NCBI GenBank assembly: GCA_048571215.1
Contig: CP182352.1
Span: forward strand, 1,376,001-1,440,000
Origin: Halarcobacter sp.
GTDB taxonomy: Bacteria > Campylobacterota > Campylobacteria > Campylobacterales > Arcobacteraceae
Direction: 5' to 3'
DNA length: 64,000 nt
Program-made: the position numbers and the translations under genes
Shown here: piece by piece, positions 41,294 through 52,170 of the stretch
How the letters are laid out: the number at the start of each line of letters is the position of its first letter
Position numbering within the stretch: the stretch's first letter is position 1
The notes under the pieces: model-generated
The model's input: only the letters and a program-made list of their open reading frames with translations
Databases searched by the model: none
What the model was told of the DNA's origin: nothing

Positions 41294-42112
41294 ATGGAAT
41301 TTTGGCAAAATATCTATTCCCATTTTAATCCAATAGCTTTTCATTTGGGTTCCATAGCAGTGCACTGGTATGGAATCATGTACGCCCTTGCCCTACTCTT
41401 TGCTATATTTACTGCAAAATGGTTAATCAAATACGACAAACTTCCCATAACAAATGAACTTTTTGATTCATATATTTGGTGGGTAGAGATTGGTGTAATT
41501 TTAGGTGCAAGACTTGGTTATATTATCTTTTATGATACCCACACAGCATATTATCTAACACACCCCTGGCAAATATTTAACCCCTTTGTTAATGGTGAGT
41601 ATACAGGTATCTCTGGAATGAGTTATCATGGTGCAATTATAGGATTTTTGATAGCAGCACTTCTTTTTTGTAGAAAAAATAAAGTCTCTTTTTGGTTTTT
41701 AGCCGATATTTCAGTTTTAGGGATATCAGCTGGTTATGTCTTTGGTAGATTGGGAAATTTCTTCAATCAAGAGCTAGTAGGAAGAGTTACTGATGTACCT
41801 TGGGGGATTTATGTAAACAATACTTTAAGACACCCTTCACAACTCTATGAAGCATTTCTAGAGGGTATTTTAGTTTTTATAATACTCTTTATAATAAGAA
41901 AAAGAAAAAGTTTTGATGGAGAACTTGCAATTCTTTATGGTATATTATATTCAATTGCAAGAATAATAGCTGAATTTTTTAGACAACCTGATATCCAAAT
42001 TGGGTTTATATATGGGGGTTGGTTGACAAAAGGGATGTTGTTATCTAGTATTTTTGCTTTTATAAGTTTTTTATTATTAATCTATTTAAAAAAAAGAAGT
42101 ATTAATTCTTAG
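41294..42112 (+). CDS. lgt: Prolipoprotein diacylglyceryl transferase
   Basis: HWYG, GARLGY, GMSYHG, GRLGNFFNQE, HPSQLYEA, EFFRQPD. Confidence 0.97.
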   Translation: MEFWQNIYSHFNPIAFHLGSIAVHWYGIMYALALLFAIFTAKWLIKYDKLPITNELFDSYIWWVEIGVILGARLGYIIFYDTHTAYYLTHPWQIFNPFVNGEYTGISGMSYHGAIIGFLIAALLFCRKNKVSFWFLADISVLGISAGYVFGRLGNFFNQELVGRVTDVPWGIYVNNTLRHPSQLYEAFLEGILVFIILFIIRKRKSFDGELAILYGILYSIARIIAEFFRQPDIQIGFIYGGWLTKGMLLSSIFAFISFLLLIYLKKRSINS

Positions 42113-43397
42113 ATAAAGGCCCATGTTTTGCCTCAAATGCTGCAATAACATCCTCTAAATCATGAATCTTAGCTCTATACTCATCTATATAACCTTGCAA
42201 TGTTATGATAGCTTCTTGAGATTTGGCTAACTTATCAGTAATTACCTCATTTTTCTTTTTATATTTATGGTATTGTTCTATAGATACAGTTGTAGCTTCG
42301 TTTAATTTTTCTATTCTTTTTTGATATGATTTTTGTAACTCCTCATTTTTATCTAAAGACTCTTTTAGTTTTTTCTCCAAAGATAAAACTCTACCTTTTT
42401 CATCACTATTTTTAGATCTTAAAAGTTTTATTTGTTCATTTAATTCATGCATAAATTTAGCTATTTGCTCATCTTTTTGCATTTTAGCATAGTGTAAAGC
42501 TTCATCAAACTGCTCTTGCAAATCTTTTTCATGCTTAATTTGTGCACTTTTTTGATGCATTATATATTTTTTTAATTTATGTTTTTCTTCTTCTATCTCT
42601 GTTATTAAATATCTATAACCAACATATTTTCTAATCTCACCATGTTCATCGAGTATAGGGAAAATAGTTGATTGGACATAATAAGCACTTCCATCTTTTG
42701 CTTTATTTTTTATTTTCCCTCGCCAAATCTTTTTATTAGTAATAGTTTGCCACAAATTTTCATAAACTTTTGCAGATACATCCGGATGTCTTACTATATT
42801 ATGATTTTTTCCTATGAGCTCTTCTTTTGAATATCCAGAAACTTCACAAAAAATATCGTTTGCATAGGTTATGATACCATTTAAATCTGTTTCACTTATT
42901 AGATTCTCTTGGTCTAAAATCTCTTTATATATTTTTAATTCACTTTGTTGTTTTGATATTATTTTTTGATTATAATTATCTTGTAAAATTCTATGTAATA
43001 CTTTCAAAGTGGTATTAATCTGCATAGGTTTTACTATATAATCAGAAACTTTTAGTTTTATTGCTTTTATTATTTGGTCTATATCGTTAAAAGCGGTAAC
43101 AACAAGTAGTGGTATTTGAGAATCCATAGCTCTAACCTCTGTCATAAAGCCAATTCCATTTAGGTTTGGCATATTTATGTCAGTTAAAATTATATCTATT
43201 TCATCTTTTTTCTCTTTATAAAGTTTTAAACCCTCATAACCATCAGGTGCAGTAATTACCTTTTCAAAAAACTTTTCAAAAATAGAAGTTGTTTCATTTC
43301 TAATAATCTCATCATCTTCTAAGTAAAGAATAGTAGAATTATTTAAAATACAATTAGAGAAATCAATTTCTTCAGTTTTTTGATTCGTTGTATCCAT
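42102..43397 (-). CDS. Response regulator: REC + PAS + long coiled coil, no recognisable output domain
   Basis: LYLEDD, LTDINMP, VKP; NHNIVRHPD PAS; about 160-aa heptad-rich tail. Confidence 0.85.
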   Translation of the reverse strand: MDTTNQKTEEIDFSNCILNNSTILYLEDDEIIRNETTSIFEKFFEKVITAPDGYEGLKLYKEKKDEIDIILTDINMPNLNGIGFMTEVRAMDSQIPLLVVTAFNDIDQIIKAIKLKVSDYIVKPMQINTTLKVLHRILQDNYNQKIISKQQSELKIYKEILDQENLISETDLNGIITYANDIFCEVSGYSKEELIGKNHNIVRHPDVSAKVYENLWQTITNKKIWRGKIKNKAKDGSAYYVQSTIFPILDEHGEIRKYVGYRYLITEIEEEKHKLKKYIMHQKSAQIKHEKDLQEQFDEALHYAKMQKDEQIAKFMHELNEQIKLLRSKNSDEKGRVLSLEKKLKESLDKNEELQKSYQKRIEKLNEATTVSIEQYHKYKKKNEVITDKLAKSQEAIITLQGYIDEYRAKIHDLEDVIAAFEAKHGPLSKN

Positions 43398-43635
43398 ATT
43401 CCACAGCTAATTCATCTATTTTCTTTTGTAATAAATCTATTCTCCAACCATGTCTATTTGCAAAATTTTCTATTTCTATTTCTCTTTGTTCAGGAGTACA
43501 AAAAATATATATCCTTTTTAAAAATGGTCTTGGTACTTGTATTGCAATTAGTTGAAAATAGTTCTCCTTACAATTTCTAGAGCAAAATGCTTTACTCATT
43601 GCTATTTTCTTCCCACAATATGGACAGTGTGACAT
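43372..43635 (-). CDS. Zn-ribbon protein (DUF2116-like)
   Basis: HCPYCGKKI....FCSRNC; overlaps downstream gene. Confidence 0.75.
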   Translation of the reverse strand: MSHCPYCGKKIAMSKAFCSRNCKENYFQLIAIQVPRPFLKRIYIFCTPEQREIEIENFANRHGWRIDLLQKKIDELAVEYGYNESKN

Positions 43636-43830
43636 TTATCTTCCTTTCTTAATTATAAGTTTATAAAACTTTGCATTGGTAATATCTTGTAAAAATTTCG
43701 GATCTACTTCGTGCAGTGCTACAATTTCAATCTCTTTGTCACCCATTTTCCAGGCTTTTCCTGTATCAAGTACTTCTTGATTCTCAAACATCTCAATTAG
43801 CTCTTCTTTGGATACTATTTTTTCTTCCAT
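43636..43830 (-). CDS. Small hypothetical protein
   Basis: 64 aa; abuts next ORF and carries its SD (GAAAGGAAG). Confidence 0.7.
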   Translation of the reverse strand: MEEKIVSKEELIEMFENQEVLDTGKAWKMGDKEIEIVALHEVDPKFLQDITNAKFYKLIIKKGR

Positions 43831-43851
43831 GCATGTTTCTTATGTTGAATT

Positions 43852-44553
43852 TTACTTTTTTGATTCGTCTAAAGTATACCCTCTATTCGAATGATTTCTA
43901 ATAATTTCATAATAAGTTTTTTGTCTAATTTTATTTACAATATTTCTCATTGTATAAATAGACATATTCTTACCTTTCCAAACTACATCTTTAATTGTAT
44001 CATAATCTACAACCTCTCCTCTTTTAGAAATAAGAAGTTTCATAAACCCTTTTTCTAATCTTGTAAAGTCTATTAAAACTCCACCAGCTTTAAAGAACTG
44101 ATCTCTATACTCATCAAAATAAATCCCTTTTTGGAATTCAACTTTATCACCTCTTTTTGTTTGATTTAAACACATAATAACAGATAACTTAATATCCTTT
44201 GCTCTAAGTGGCTTACTTAAAAATGTATATGCATTATTGTTAATAGCTACAACTATATCATCATTACTATCTCTATTTGAGATAATAATTTTTGGTAAAT
44301 TTGGAGATGTGTTTGTAACAACTGAACAAACTTCTTCAAACTCTTTTGAACCAATTTGTGTATCTATAACAACTAAATCATAGTTATGTTCTGATATTGA
44401 TGAAATAGCTTCCTCTAAAGAAGGTACTAAAGTAAGTTCTTTAAAATATTCATCAAATTCATTTTCAATACTATTTTTAACCTCTTCATCACTACTAATA
44501 AACAACAACTTTGCATTGTATAGTTTTCTTATGTTCTTTAATGTCTTTAACAT
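43852..44553 (-). CDS. Atypical OmpR-family response regulator
   Basis: LLFISSDE (degenerate acidic pocket), VVIDTQ, SKP; winged helix RNIVNKIRQK..RGY. Confidence 0.85.
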   Translation of the reverse strand: MLKTLKNIRKLYNAKLLFISSDEEVKNSIENEFDEYFKELTLVPSLEEAISSISEHNYDLVVIDTQIGSKEFEEVCSVVTNTSPNLPKIIISNRDSNDDIVVAINNNAYTFLSKPLRAKDIKLSVIMCLNQTKRGDKVEFQKGIYFDEYRDQFFKAGGVLIDFTRLEKGFMKLLISKRGEVVDYDTIKDVVWKGKNMSIYTMRNIVNKIRQKTYYEIIRNHSNRGYTLDESKK

Positions 44554-44659
44554 GGTTTTCTCTTTTTATAGTTAAATTTTTTATTATTTTATCAAAATAA
44601 AATATAAATGTCAAAATAAAATTATTAAATAATAAGTGAAAATCATATATTTAGTTAAT

Positions 44660-47365
44660 TTATTTTAACTCTTGCCAACTATTGCCGATAGTTTGAGATA
44701 CTTTTAATGGTACATTTAATTTATAAATATTTTCCATTATATCAACTAATTTTTTAGTTATTTTATCAAGATGTTCTTCTTTTACTTCAAAAATCAGTTC
44801 ATCATGTATCTGTAAAAGCATTTTTACATCATTAGTATTACTTATATTTTTTAAAATCTCTACCATTGAAAGTTTAATTAAATCAGAAGCACTTCCTTGA
44901 AAAAGGGTATTTACTGATTCTCTTAAAAATGCGGCTCTCATCATAGCATTTGCAGAATCAAAATCAAAAAGTCTTCTTCTTTTTAATAAGGTTTCCACAT
45001 ATCCATTTTCTAAAGCACTATCTTCTATAGATTTTAAATAATCTTTAACACTTTTAAAACTCTCAAAATATGATTCAATATATTTTTTGGCTTCTTTTGA
45101 TGGAATACCTAAAGTATCTCCAAGTTTCTTACTTCCCATACCATAAAGTAAACCAAAATTTATTGATTTTGCAACTGCTCTTTTACTAGATGCCTCTTCT
45201 TCTCCAAATATCTTAACTGCTGTTTGATAATGTATATCCAGATCATTATTAAAAGCATTTACTAAAGCTTCATCTTGTGAGAAATGAGCTAACAATCTTA
45301 ATTCTATTTGTGAGTAATCAATTCCTACAAACTTATAACCATCTTTTGGTATAAATGCTTCTCTAATTTGTATCCCATTTACACCTTTTACAGGAATATT
45401 TTGCAAGTTTGGATTCTTTGAGCTCAATCTTCCTGTAGCAGTACCTGTTTGTAAAAATGAGGTATATACCCTATTTTCTTCATTTTTTAATCCCAAATCT
45501 AAAAGTGGTTCTATATAAGTTGATTGAAGCTTAAAAGCCTCTCTATATTGTAAAATCGAAGGGATTATTTCATGTTCATCAAAAAGTTTTTGCAATACAA
45601 ATTCATTTGTACTATAACCACTTTTAGTTTTTTTAGATGGTGGTAACTTTAAGGTATCAAATAAAATCACACCTAATTGTTTAGGAGAATTTATATTAAA
45701 CTCAGTTCCTGCAAGCTCATAGATTTTTGAAGTTAATTGTTGAATATGTTCACTATTTGTTTGTTTTAACTCTTTTAATTTCTCTATATCAACTTTAATC
45801 CCATTGTTTTCCATCTCAGCTAATACATAAATAAAATCAAACTCAACATCATGGGCTATTTTTAAAAGATGTTCACATTCTTGTTTTTTAAACTCTTCTA
45901 ATAATTTATTATAAATTTTCAAAGTAAAAAGAGCATCCTCAGCTGCATAATTACAAGCTTCATTTATATCAACATGAGAAAAATTTTCACCCTTTTTAAC
46001 TGTTTGCTTAAAACTAATCATTTTATGTTCAAAATATTTTTCTGCTAAAAAATCCAAACCAACCTTAGAACTGGTATCTAACATCCAAGCCATAATCATT
46101 GTATCAGCATATAGTTTTAACTGTAAATCTAAACAGTTTTTAACTACAGAATAATCATACTTAAAATTTTGAAGTACCAGTTTTGTTCCATTTAAAATCT
46201 CTATAGCTTTTTTTGCAACTTCTAGGCTAACTTGTTGTGGTACACCAAGGTAGTTATGATCTATTGGAACATAATAAGCTTTATTTTCATCATAACAAAA
46301 AGAAAAACCAACTAATTTCGCATGTTTAGTATCTAAATCTGTAGTTTCAGTATCAAAAGCCACTATAGCATCACTTGAAATTGAACTTACTAACTCTATA
46401 AGTTTTTTTTCATCGTTTAAAAGTATATATTCAAATACTTCTACTTTTTTTTCAACTTTTACACTAGCCACATAATCTTCAGGTACCTTGGTTTTATAGT
46501 TTAAACCCTCTTTATGAACCCTATCAATTATTCTATTTAAATCATAATCTCTTAAAAGCTGTTCTATTTTTAATATAGGATTTTCTTGTGGAAGGGTGTA
46601 GTGTTCGATTGTATCAATACAGTGACAATCTTTTTCTAAGGTTACTAACTGTTTAGAAATATATGCCATCTCTTTTCCTTCAGTTAATAGATTTTTCCAT
46701 CTTGTTTTTTCTATATTTTCTAAGTTTGCATAGATATTATCCAAGGTTCCATACTCTTTTATTAAAGCCTCTGCTGTTTTAGCACCAACTCCTTTAACCC
46801 CTGGTACATTATCCGCACTATCACCTATAAGAGCTTGATAATCTGTAAATTGTTTTGGGGTAATACCATATTTATTTATACATTTTTCTTCATTTACCAC
46901 ATCTTTTTTTATTGGGTCAAAAAGATATACCTTATTGTCATCAATTAATTGATAAAGATCTTTATCATGAGATACTATTCTAACTTCTAAATCTTTTTGA
47001 ACAGCATCATGGGTAATTGAAGCTATAAGATCATCAGCTTCAAATCCAGTTTTCATTGCAGTTTGGAAACCCATTTTTTCAATCCACTCTATGGCAATAG
47101 GTAATTGTTTTAATAAATCTTCTGGTACGTCTGGTCTATGGGCTTTATATTGATCATAAATCTCATTTCTAAAGGTATCACCCTTTGCATCTAAGGCAAA
47201 TACTAAGTAATCTGTTTGAAAATCTTTTCCTATATTTGAAACAAAATTCATAAATCCTGTTAAAAGTCCAGTGGGAAATCCCTCTTTTGATTTTAATGGA
47301 GGCAAAGCATAAAAACTTCTAAATAAAAACCCAAAGGTATCGATAATTGTTATAGTTTTTTTCAT
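44660..47365 (-). CDS. polA: DNA polymerase I
   Basis: 5'-3' exo (FRSFYA, GDSADNVPGV), FDTETT, TGRLSS..NLQNIP, DYSQIELR, NFGLLYG, QIHDEL. Confidence 0.99.
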   Translation of the reverse strand: MKKTITIIDTFGFLFRSFYALPPLKSKEGFPTGLLTGFMNFVSNIGKDFQTDYLVFALDAKGDTFRNEIYDQYKAHRPDVPEDLLKQLPIAIEWIEKMGFQTAMKTGFEADDLIASITHDAVQKDLEVRIVSHDKDLYQLIDDNKVYLFDPIKKDVVNEEKCINKYGITPKQFTDYQALIGDSADNVPGVKGVGAKTAEALIKEYGTLDNIYANLENIEKTRWKNLLTEGKEMAYISKQLVTLEKDCHCIDTIEHYTLPQENPILKIEQLLRDYDLNRIIDRVHKEGLNYKTKVPEDYVASVKVEKKVEVFEYILLNDEKKLIELVSSISSDAIVAFDTETTDLDTKHAKLVGFSFCYDENKAYYVPIDHNYLGVPQQVSLEVAKKAIEILNGTKLVLQNFKYDYSVVKNCLDLQLKLYADTMIMAWMLDTSSKVGLDFLAEKYFEHKMISFKQTVKKGENFSHVDINEACNYAAEDALFTLKIYNKLLEEFKKQECEHLLKIAHDVEFDFIYVLAEMENNGIKVDIEKLKELKQTNSEHIQQLTSKIYELAGTEFNINSPKQLGVILFDTLKLPPSKKTKSGYSTNEFVLQKLFDEHEIIPSILQYREAFKLQSTYIEPLLDLGLKNEENRVYTSFLQTGTATGRLSSKNPNLQNIPVKGVNGIQIREAFIPKDGYKFVGIDYSQIELRLLAHFSQDEALVNAFNNDLDIHYQTAVKIFGEEEASSKRAVAKSINFGLLYGMGSKKLGDTLGIPSKEAKKYIESYFESFKSVKDYLKSIEDSALENGYVETLLKRRRLFDFDSANAMMRAAFLRESVNTLFQGSASDLIKLSMVEILKNISNTNDVKMLLQIHDELIFEVKEEHLDKITKKLVDIMENIYKLNVPLKVSQTIGNSWQELK

Positions 47366-47436
47366 AAATAAGCTCTTTTCTAGTGTTGTTTAAAGATATT
47401 ATATTATAATAATATCACTAAAAATAAGGTTTTATA

Positions 47437-48927
47437 TTGTCAAATGAAGATATTGAAAAAGTAAAAAGAAATAACCAAGAACTACAAGAGATAATTAATA
47501 ACTCATGGGATGGTATTGGGATAATTGACAAAAATACAAAGTTTATTTATATCAATAATGCCTTTATGCCTATGCTTGGTTTTTCAAAAGATGAAATTAT
47601 CAAAAAAGATTTTATATCTTTTATGGAAGAGGCATATATAGATAAATTTAAAAAACTTTTAAAATTTGAAGAAAAAGTAAAAAAATATAAAGCAGAGATA
47701 GATATCGCTTGTATAAGAAAAGATAAGATGAAAATCTATCTTAAAATAACAATCTCAACAATGTTAAATAAAAACCTTTTTGTTATAAATGCAAAAGATA
47801 TTACACATCAAATAGCAGATGATGAAATTTTAGATGATTATGTTATCTCTATGCATATGGATTTACATGGTCATATTACAAAAGTTAGTTCTGCTTTTTT
47901 AAAACTCACAAAATTTAGTAAAAGTGATATTATAGGCAAACACTACACCCATATAGCCCATACAGATACAGATTCTATTGTTTTTAAAAATATTGATAAG
48001 AGTTTAGATAGTTTTCAAGAATGGAATGGAAAACTTAAAAATATAAAAAAAGATGGCAGTTCTTTTTGGGTAAGTATAAAAATAAAAGCTATTTATAACA
48101 AATATGGGGATGTTATTGGTTATACCTCACTTATGTTTGATATAACAAAAGAATTAAATCTAAACGATGAAACTACAATGTTACAAAATCAAGTGCTACA
48201 AGCAAAAGATGAAATAGTACAAAAAGATACAATTTTAATCCAGCACTCAAAATTAGCAATTATGACAGAAACCCTTAAAACTTTGTCCCACGAGTGGAGA
48301 CAGCCTTTAAATCTTATCTCTATTCAAGCCCAAAAATTAGAATTAGATTATAGTATTAACGGAGATCTTAAACAAGAAACAGTTATAAACACTTTAGAAA
48401 ACATCCAAAAAGAAGCAAATGAACTATCCTCAACAATTGAACAATTACAAAACTTTTTATCTCCTAAACTTCTTTTAGAAAAGTTTAATCTAAAAGAGTT
48501 TATAGAGGAGATTGTAAAAATATTTAAAAATGATTTAGAATCTAATATTATAATAAAAACAGATATTCCTAATGAGATAACTATTAATTCTTATAAAAAT
48601 GAGTTTAAAACTCTTTTATTGAATATCTTAATTAATTCAAAAGAGGCAATATTAAAAAATTCGATATCAAAGGGGATTATAACTATTAACTCTTATGTAG
48701 ATAATGATAACCTCTTTATAGAGATAAAAGATAATGGTGGGGGTATAAATTCAGAAGTTTTACCAAAAATTTTTGAACCCTATTTCTCTACAAAAGAGAT
48801 AAAACATGGTGTTGGATTAAGTCTATATACATCAAAATTAATAGTTAATATACATTTACATGGGCAAATTAGTGCATCAAATTTTGAAAATGGAGCACAA
48901 TTTAAAATTTCAATACCAATAGATTAA
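47437..48927 (+). CDS. Cytoplasmic histidine kinase with two PAS domains
   Basis: No TM; LSHEWRQPL, DNGGG, FEPYFSTK; TTG start. Confidence 0.9.
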   Translation: MSNEDIEKVKRNNQELQEIINNSWDGIGIIDKNTKFIYINNAFMPMLGFSKDEIIKKDFISFMEEAYIDKFKKLLKFEEKVKKYKAEIDIACIRKDKMKIYLKITISTMLNKNLFVINAKDITHQIADDEILDDYVISMHMDLHGHITKVSSAFLKLTKFSKSDIIGKHYTHIAHTDTDSIVFKNIDKSLDSFQEWNGKLKNIKKDGSSFWVSIKIKAIYNKYGDVIGYTSLMFDITKELNLNDETTMLQNQVLQAKDEIVQKDTILIQHSKLAIMTETLKTLSHEWRQPLNLISIQAQKLELDYSINGDLKQETVINTLENIQKEANELSSTIEQLQNFLSPKLLLEKFNLKEFIEEIVKIFKNDLESNIIIKTDIPNEITINSYKNEFKTLLLNILINSKEAILKNSISKGIITINSYVDNDNLFIEIKDNGGGINSEVLPKIFEPYFSTKEIKHGVGLSLYTSKLIVNIHLHGQISASNFENGAQFKISIPID

Positions 48928-48946
48928 AAAATAAAAAGGAAAATAT

Positions 48947-49669
48947 ATGATAATTATACCTGCTAGATTAAACTCAAGTAGATTTGAAAATAAAATTTTA
49001 GTTGATATTTTAGGTTTACCTATGGTTATAAGAACAGCCAAACAAGTTAGTACCTTAGATAAGGTTGTAATTGCTACAGATTCACAAGAGGTGATAGAAC
49101 TTGCAAAAGAACATGGCTTTGAAGCTGTTCTAACTTCAAAAGAGCATCAAAGTGGTACAGATAGAATAAATGAAGCTGTTAATATTTTAGGTTTAGATGA
49201 AGATGAGATTATTATAAATGTTCAAGCAGATGAACCATTTATAGAAACAGAAGTTATTCAAGCTGTTATAAATAGAGTTAAAAAAGTAATAAATAACAAT
49301 GAAGATATAATGATAACAAGTTGTTATAAAAAAATCACTTCTGAATTAGCAGATGATCCAAACCATGTAAAAGTTATATTAGATGAAGACTCAAATGCAA
49401 TCTATTTTTCAAGGGCTAAAATCCCATACCATAGAGATCATTACGAATCATCACTTTATTGTGGACATCTAGGTATATATGGGTTTACAAAAAAATCATT
49501 AAATGATTTTTGTGCCCTAAGTATGTCAAAACTAGAAAAGATAGAAAAACTTGAACAACTAAGAGCAATAGACAATGCTTATAAAATAGCAATGGTTCAA
49601 GTTGAGTCAAAATCTTTTGGTATTGATACAGAGGATGATTTGAAAAATGCACTAAAAATTTTCATATAA
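48947..49669 (+). CDS. kdsB: 3-deoxy-manno-octulosonate cytidylyltransferase
   Basis: IIPARLNSSRF, SGTDRI, NVQADEP, YFSR, EKLEQLRA. Confidence 0.97.
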   Translation: MIIIPARLNSSRFENKILVDILGLPMVIRTAKQVSTLDKVVIATDSQEVIELAKEHGFEAVLTSKEHQSGTDRINEAVNILGLDEDEIIINVQADEPFIETEVIQAVINRVKKVINNNEDIMITSCYKKITSELADDPNHVKVILDEDSNAIYFSRAKIPYHRDHYESSLYCGHLGIYGFTKKSLNDFCALSMSKLEKIEKLEQLRAIDNAYKIAMVQVESKSFGIDTEDDLKNALKIFI

Positions 49670-49724
49670 TTTTAATTTTGATATAATTATATTTAATTTT
49701 GTCTAATAATTTCTAAGGTTAAGA

Positions 49725-51041
49725 ATGAATAAAGAAATACTTAAAAATATTAATGTTTTATATGTCGAAGATGAGCAAGATGTTAGAGAGTTTACTAGTA
49801 AAACAATAAGTACTATTGTAAATAAAGTTGTTGTAGCTGAAAATGGTAAAGAGGGTTTAGAAAAATTTTATGAAAACCCTGATTTAAATCTAATCTTAAC
49901 AGATATTAATATGCCTAAAATGGGTGGTTTAGATATGTGTGCTAAGATTAGAGAAACAGATGAAGAGATACCAATAGTAATTACTAGTGCCCATAGTGAC
50001 CCAGATTTTTTAAAAAAAGCTATTGAGGTAAAAGTTAGTGCTTATGCTATGAAACCTATTGACTTATACCACTTAATTGATAGTATGATAAAAGCTGTAG
50101 AACCAATATTTTTAAAAAAAGAGCTTGAAAAAATCAATGAAACTTTAGAAAATAGAGTTGAAGAAGCGACAAGATTAACAAAATCAATTTTAGATGCACA
50201 AGACAATATAGTATTTTTAGCTGATTTAAATAATATACTAGAGGTAAATAAACGATTTTTGGAATATTTTAATGTTTCTTCACTTGAAGAGTTTTTAAAA
50301 AACAGCAACTCAATTTTAGAAAACTTCTTAATTGAAGATGGCTTTTTTAATAAATCAAAACTAAATGAAAATGAAAATTGGATTAAACATATATTAGAAC
50401 TAAGTGAATTAGATAAAACTGTTAAAATGTTAAATAAAAATAATGAAAAAAGAGTTTTTGCCGTTAATATTGATGATTATGAAAAGAAAGGTGAACATTA
50501 TGTTATCTCTTTTACTGATATTACAGAATTAAAAGAGAAATCAAATCTAATGGAATACCAAGCAACACATGATCCCTTGACAGGCTTATTCAATAGACAA
50601 AAATTTGATGATATTTTTCAAAAAGAATTAAAAAGAGAGAAAAGATATCAAAATTCCCTTTCACTAATTATTTTTGATATAGATGATTTCAAAATATTTA
50701 ATGATACTTATGGGCATAATATTGGCGATGAAGTATTAAAGGTTATTGCAAAAATAGTTACACAAAATGTTAGAGAGCATGATACTGTAGTTAGATGGGG
50801 AGGTGAAGAGTTTATAGTTCTTTTACCTCAAACTGAAACCTTAGGAGCAAAAAATGTTGCAAATAAAATAAGAGTTGCAATTGAGGAGTATCAAGATGAT
50901 AAAATTCCTGCAACTATTAGTGCAAGTTTTGGGATAGCTACACTCACAACAGATGATGATGAAATTTCATTTATCAAAAAAGCTGATAAAGCTCTATATG
51001 AAGCTAAAAAAAGTGGGAAAAACTGTATAAAACTATACTAA
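49725..51041 (+). CDS. Response-regulator diguanylate cyclase (REC-PAS-like-GGDEF)
   Basis: LYVEDE, LTDINMP; REHD I-site, RWGGEEF. Confidence 0.92.
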   Translation: MNKEILKNINVLYVEDEQDVREFTSKTISTIVNKVVVAENGKEGLEKFYENPDLNLILTDINMPKMGGLDMCAKIRETDEEIPIVITSAHSDPDFLKKAIEVKVSAYAMKPIDLYHLIDSMIKAVEPIFLKKELEKINETLENRVEEATRLTKSILDAQDNIVFLADLNNILEVNKRFLEYFNVSSLEEFLKNSNSILENFLIEDGFFNKSKLNENENWIKHILELSELDKTVKMLNKNNEKRVFAVNIDDYEKKGEHYVISFTDITELKEKSNLMEYQATHDPLTGLFNRQKFDDIFQKELKREKRYQNSLSLIIFDIDDFKIFNDTYGHNIGDEVLKVIAKIVTQNVREHDTVVRWGGEEFIVLLPQTETLGAKNVANKIRVAIEEYQDDKIPATISASFGIATLTTDDDEISFIKKADKALYEAKKSGKNCIKLY

Positions 51042-51760
51042 AAGTTAAAGTTTTCTCCCAAATAGTGTTCTCTTACACTACCATCACTTTTAATATCTTC
51101 ACTATTACCTTGAGCTAATAAAGAACCACTCTTCATTACATATGCTCTATGACAAATCTCTAGGGTCTCTCTTACATTATGATCAGTTATTAAAACCCCT
51201 ATACCCAATTTTGTTAATTCATAAATAATCTCTTGTATATCTTTTACAGCAATCGGATCAACTCCTGCAAATGGTTCATCAAGAAGCAAAAATTTTGGTT
51301 TTGATACCAGTGATCTAGCTATTTCTGTTCTTCTTCTCTCTCCACCTGATAAAGAAACACCTTTTCTTTGTCTTATTGGTTCAATATTAAATATTTCCAA
51401 TAATTCTTCAACTCTTTTATGTTGCTCTTTTTTATCATTTGTAACAATTTGTGCAGCTAACATTAGGTTCTCTTCAACTGACAAATCCTTGAAAATAGAA
51501 GATTCTTGAGGTAGATAACCTATCCCTTTTAAAGCTCTTTTATGTAAAGGCAAAGATGTAATCTCATCCTCATCAAAAAAAACTTTTCCACTTGTTGGTG
51601 AAACTAAACCACAAACAGTATAAAAAGTTGTAGTTTTACCTGCTCCATTTGGACCTAATAAACCAACTATCTCACCTGAGTTAACCTCTAAAGAGATTCC
51701 GTGGAGGATTTGTGTTTTTTTTATACTTTTTTTAATATCTTCTATTCTTAATTTACTCAT
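51038..51760 (-). CDS. lptB: LPS export ABC transporter ATP-binding protein
   Basis: GPNGAGKTT, YLPQESSIF, LSGGERRR, DEPFAGVDP, ITDHNVRETL, YLGENF. Confidence 0.96.
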   Translation of the reverse strand: MSKLRIEDIKKSIKKTQILHGISLEVNSGEIVGLLGPNGAGKTTTFYTVCGLVSPTSGKVFFDEDEITSLPLHKRALKGIGYLPQESSIFKDLSVEENLMLAAQIVTNDKKEQHKRVEELLEIFNIEPIRQRKGVSLSGGERRRTEIARSLVSKPKFLLLDEPFAGVDPIAVKDIQEIIYELTKLGIGVLITDHNVRETLEICHRAYVMKSGSLLAQGNSEDIKSDGSVREHYLGENFNF

Positions 51761-52163
51761 TTATTGTATATTGCCTTTTATCATCTAACTTATTTATCTC
51801 TAACACTTTCACTTCATATCCATAGGATTTTAATAACTCTTCAAGTCTTTTATCTCCCCACTCTACAAAATGAATCCCTTTTTTATCAAACTCTTCAAGT
51901 AAACCTAAAGATATAAACTCTTCTAAGGTTTTGTTATATACATCGTAATGATAGATATTATTTGAATATATAGATTGCAAAGAAAAAGTTGGTGAAGTTA
52001 CAACATCATCTAAGCCAAGAGATTTAACATAGTTTTTAACAAAAGTTGTTTTACCACTAGCTAAATCACCCCTTAATATAACAATACAATCATCCGATAA
52101 AACAGATTTTAATTTTTCAACAATAGTATCGATTTTATCTAAACTAAGTGTATATGAATTCAA
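51753..52163 (-). CDS. tsaE: tRNA t6A biosynthesis ATPase TsaE
   Basis: GDLASGKTTF, VTSPTF, HYDVY, VEW. Confidence 0.95.
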   Translation of the reverse strand: MNSYTLSLDKIDTIVEKLKSVLSDDCIVILRGDLASGKTTFVKNYVKSLGLDDVVTSPTFSLQSIYSNNIYHYDVYNKTLEEFISLGLLEEFDKKGIHFVEWGDKRLEELLKSYGYEVKVLEINKLDDKRQYTINE

Positions 52164-52170
52164 AGTTAAC

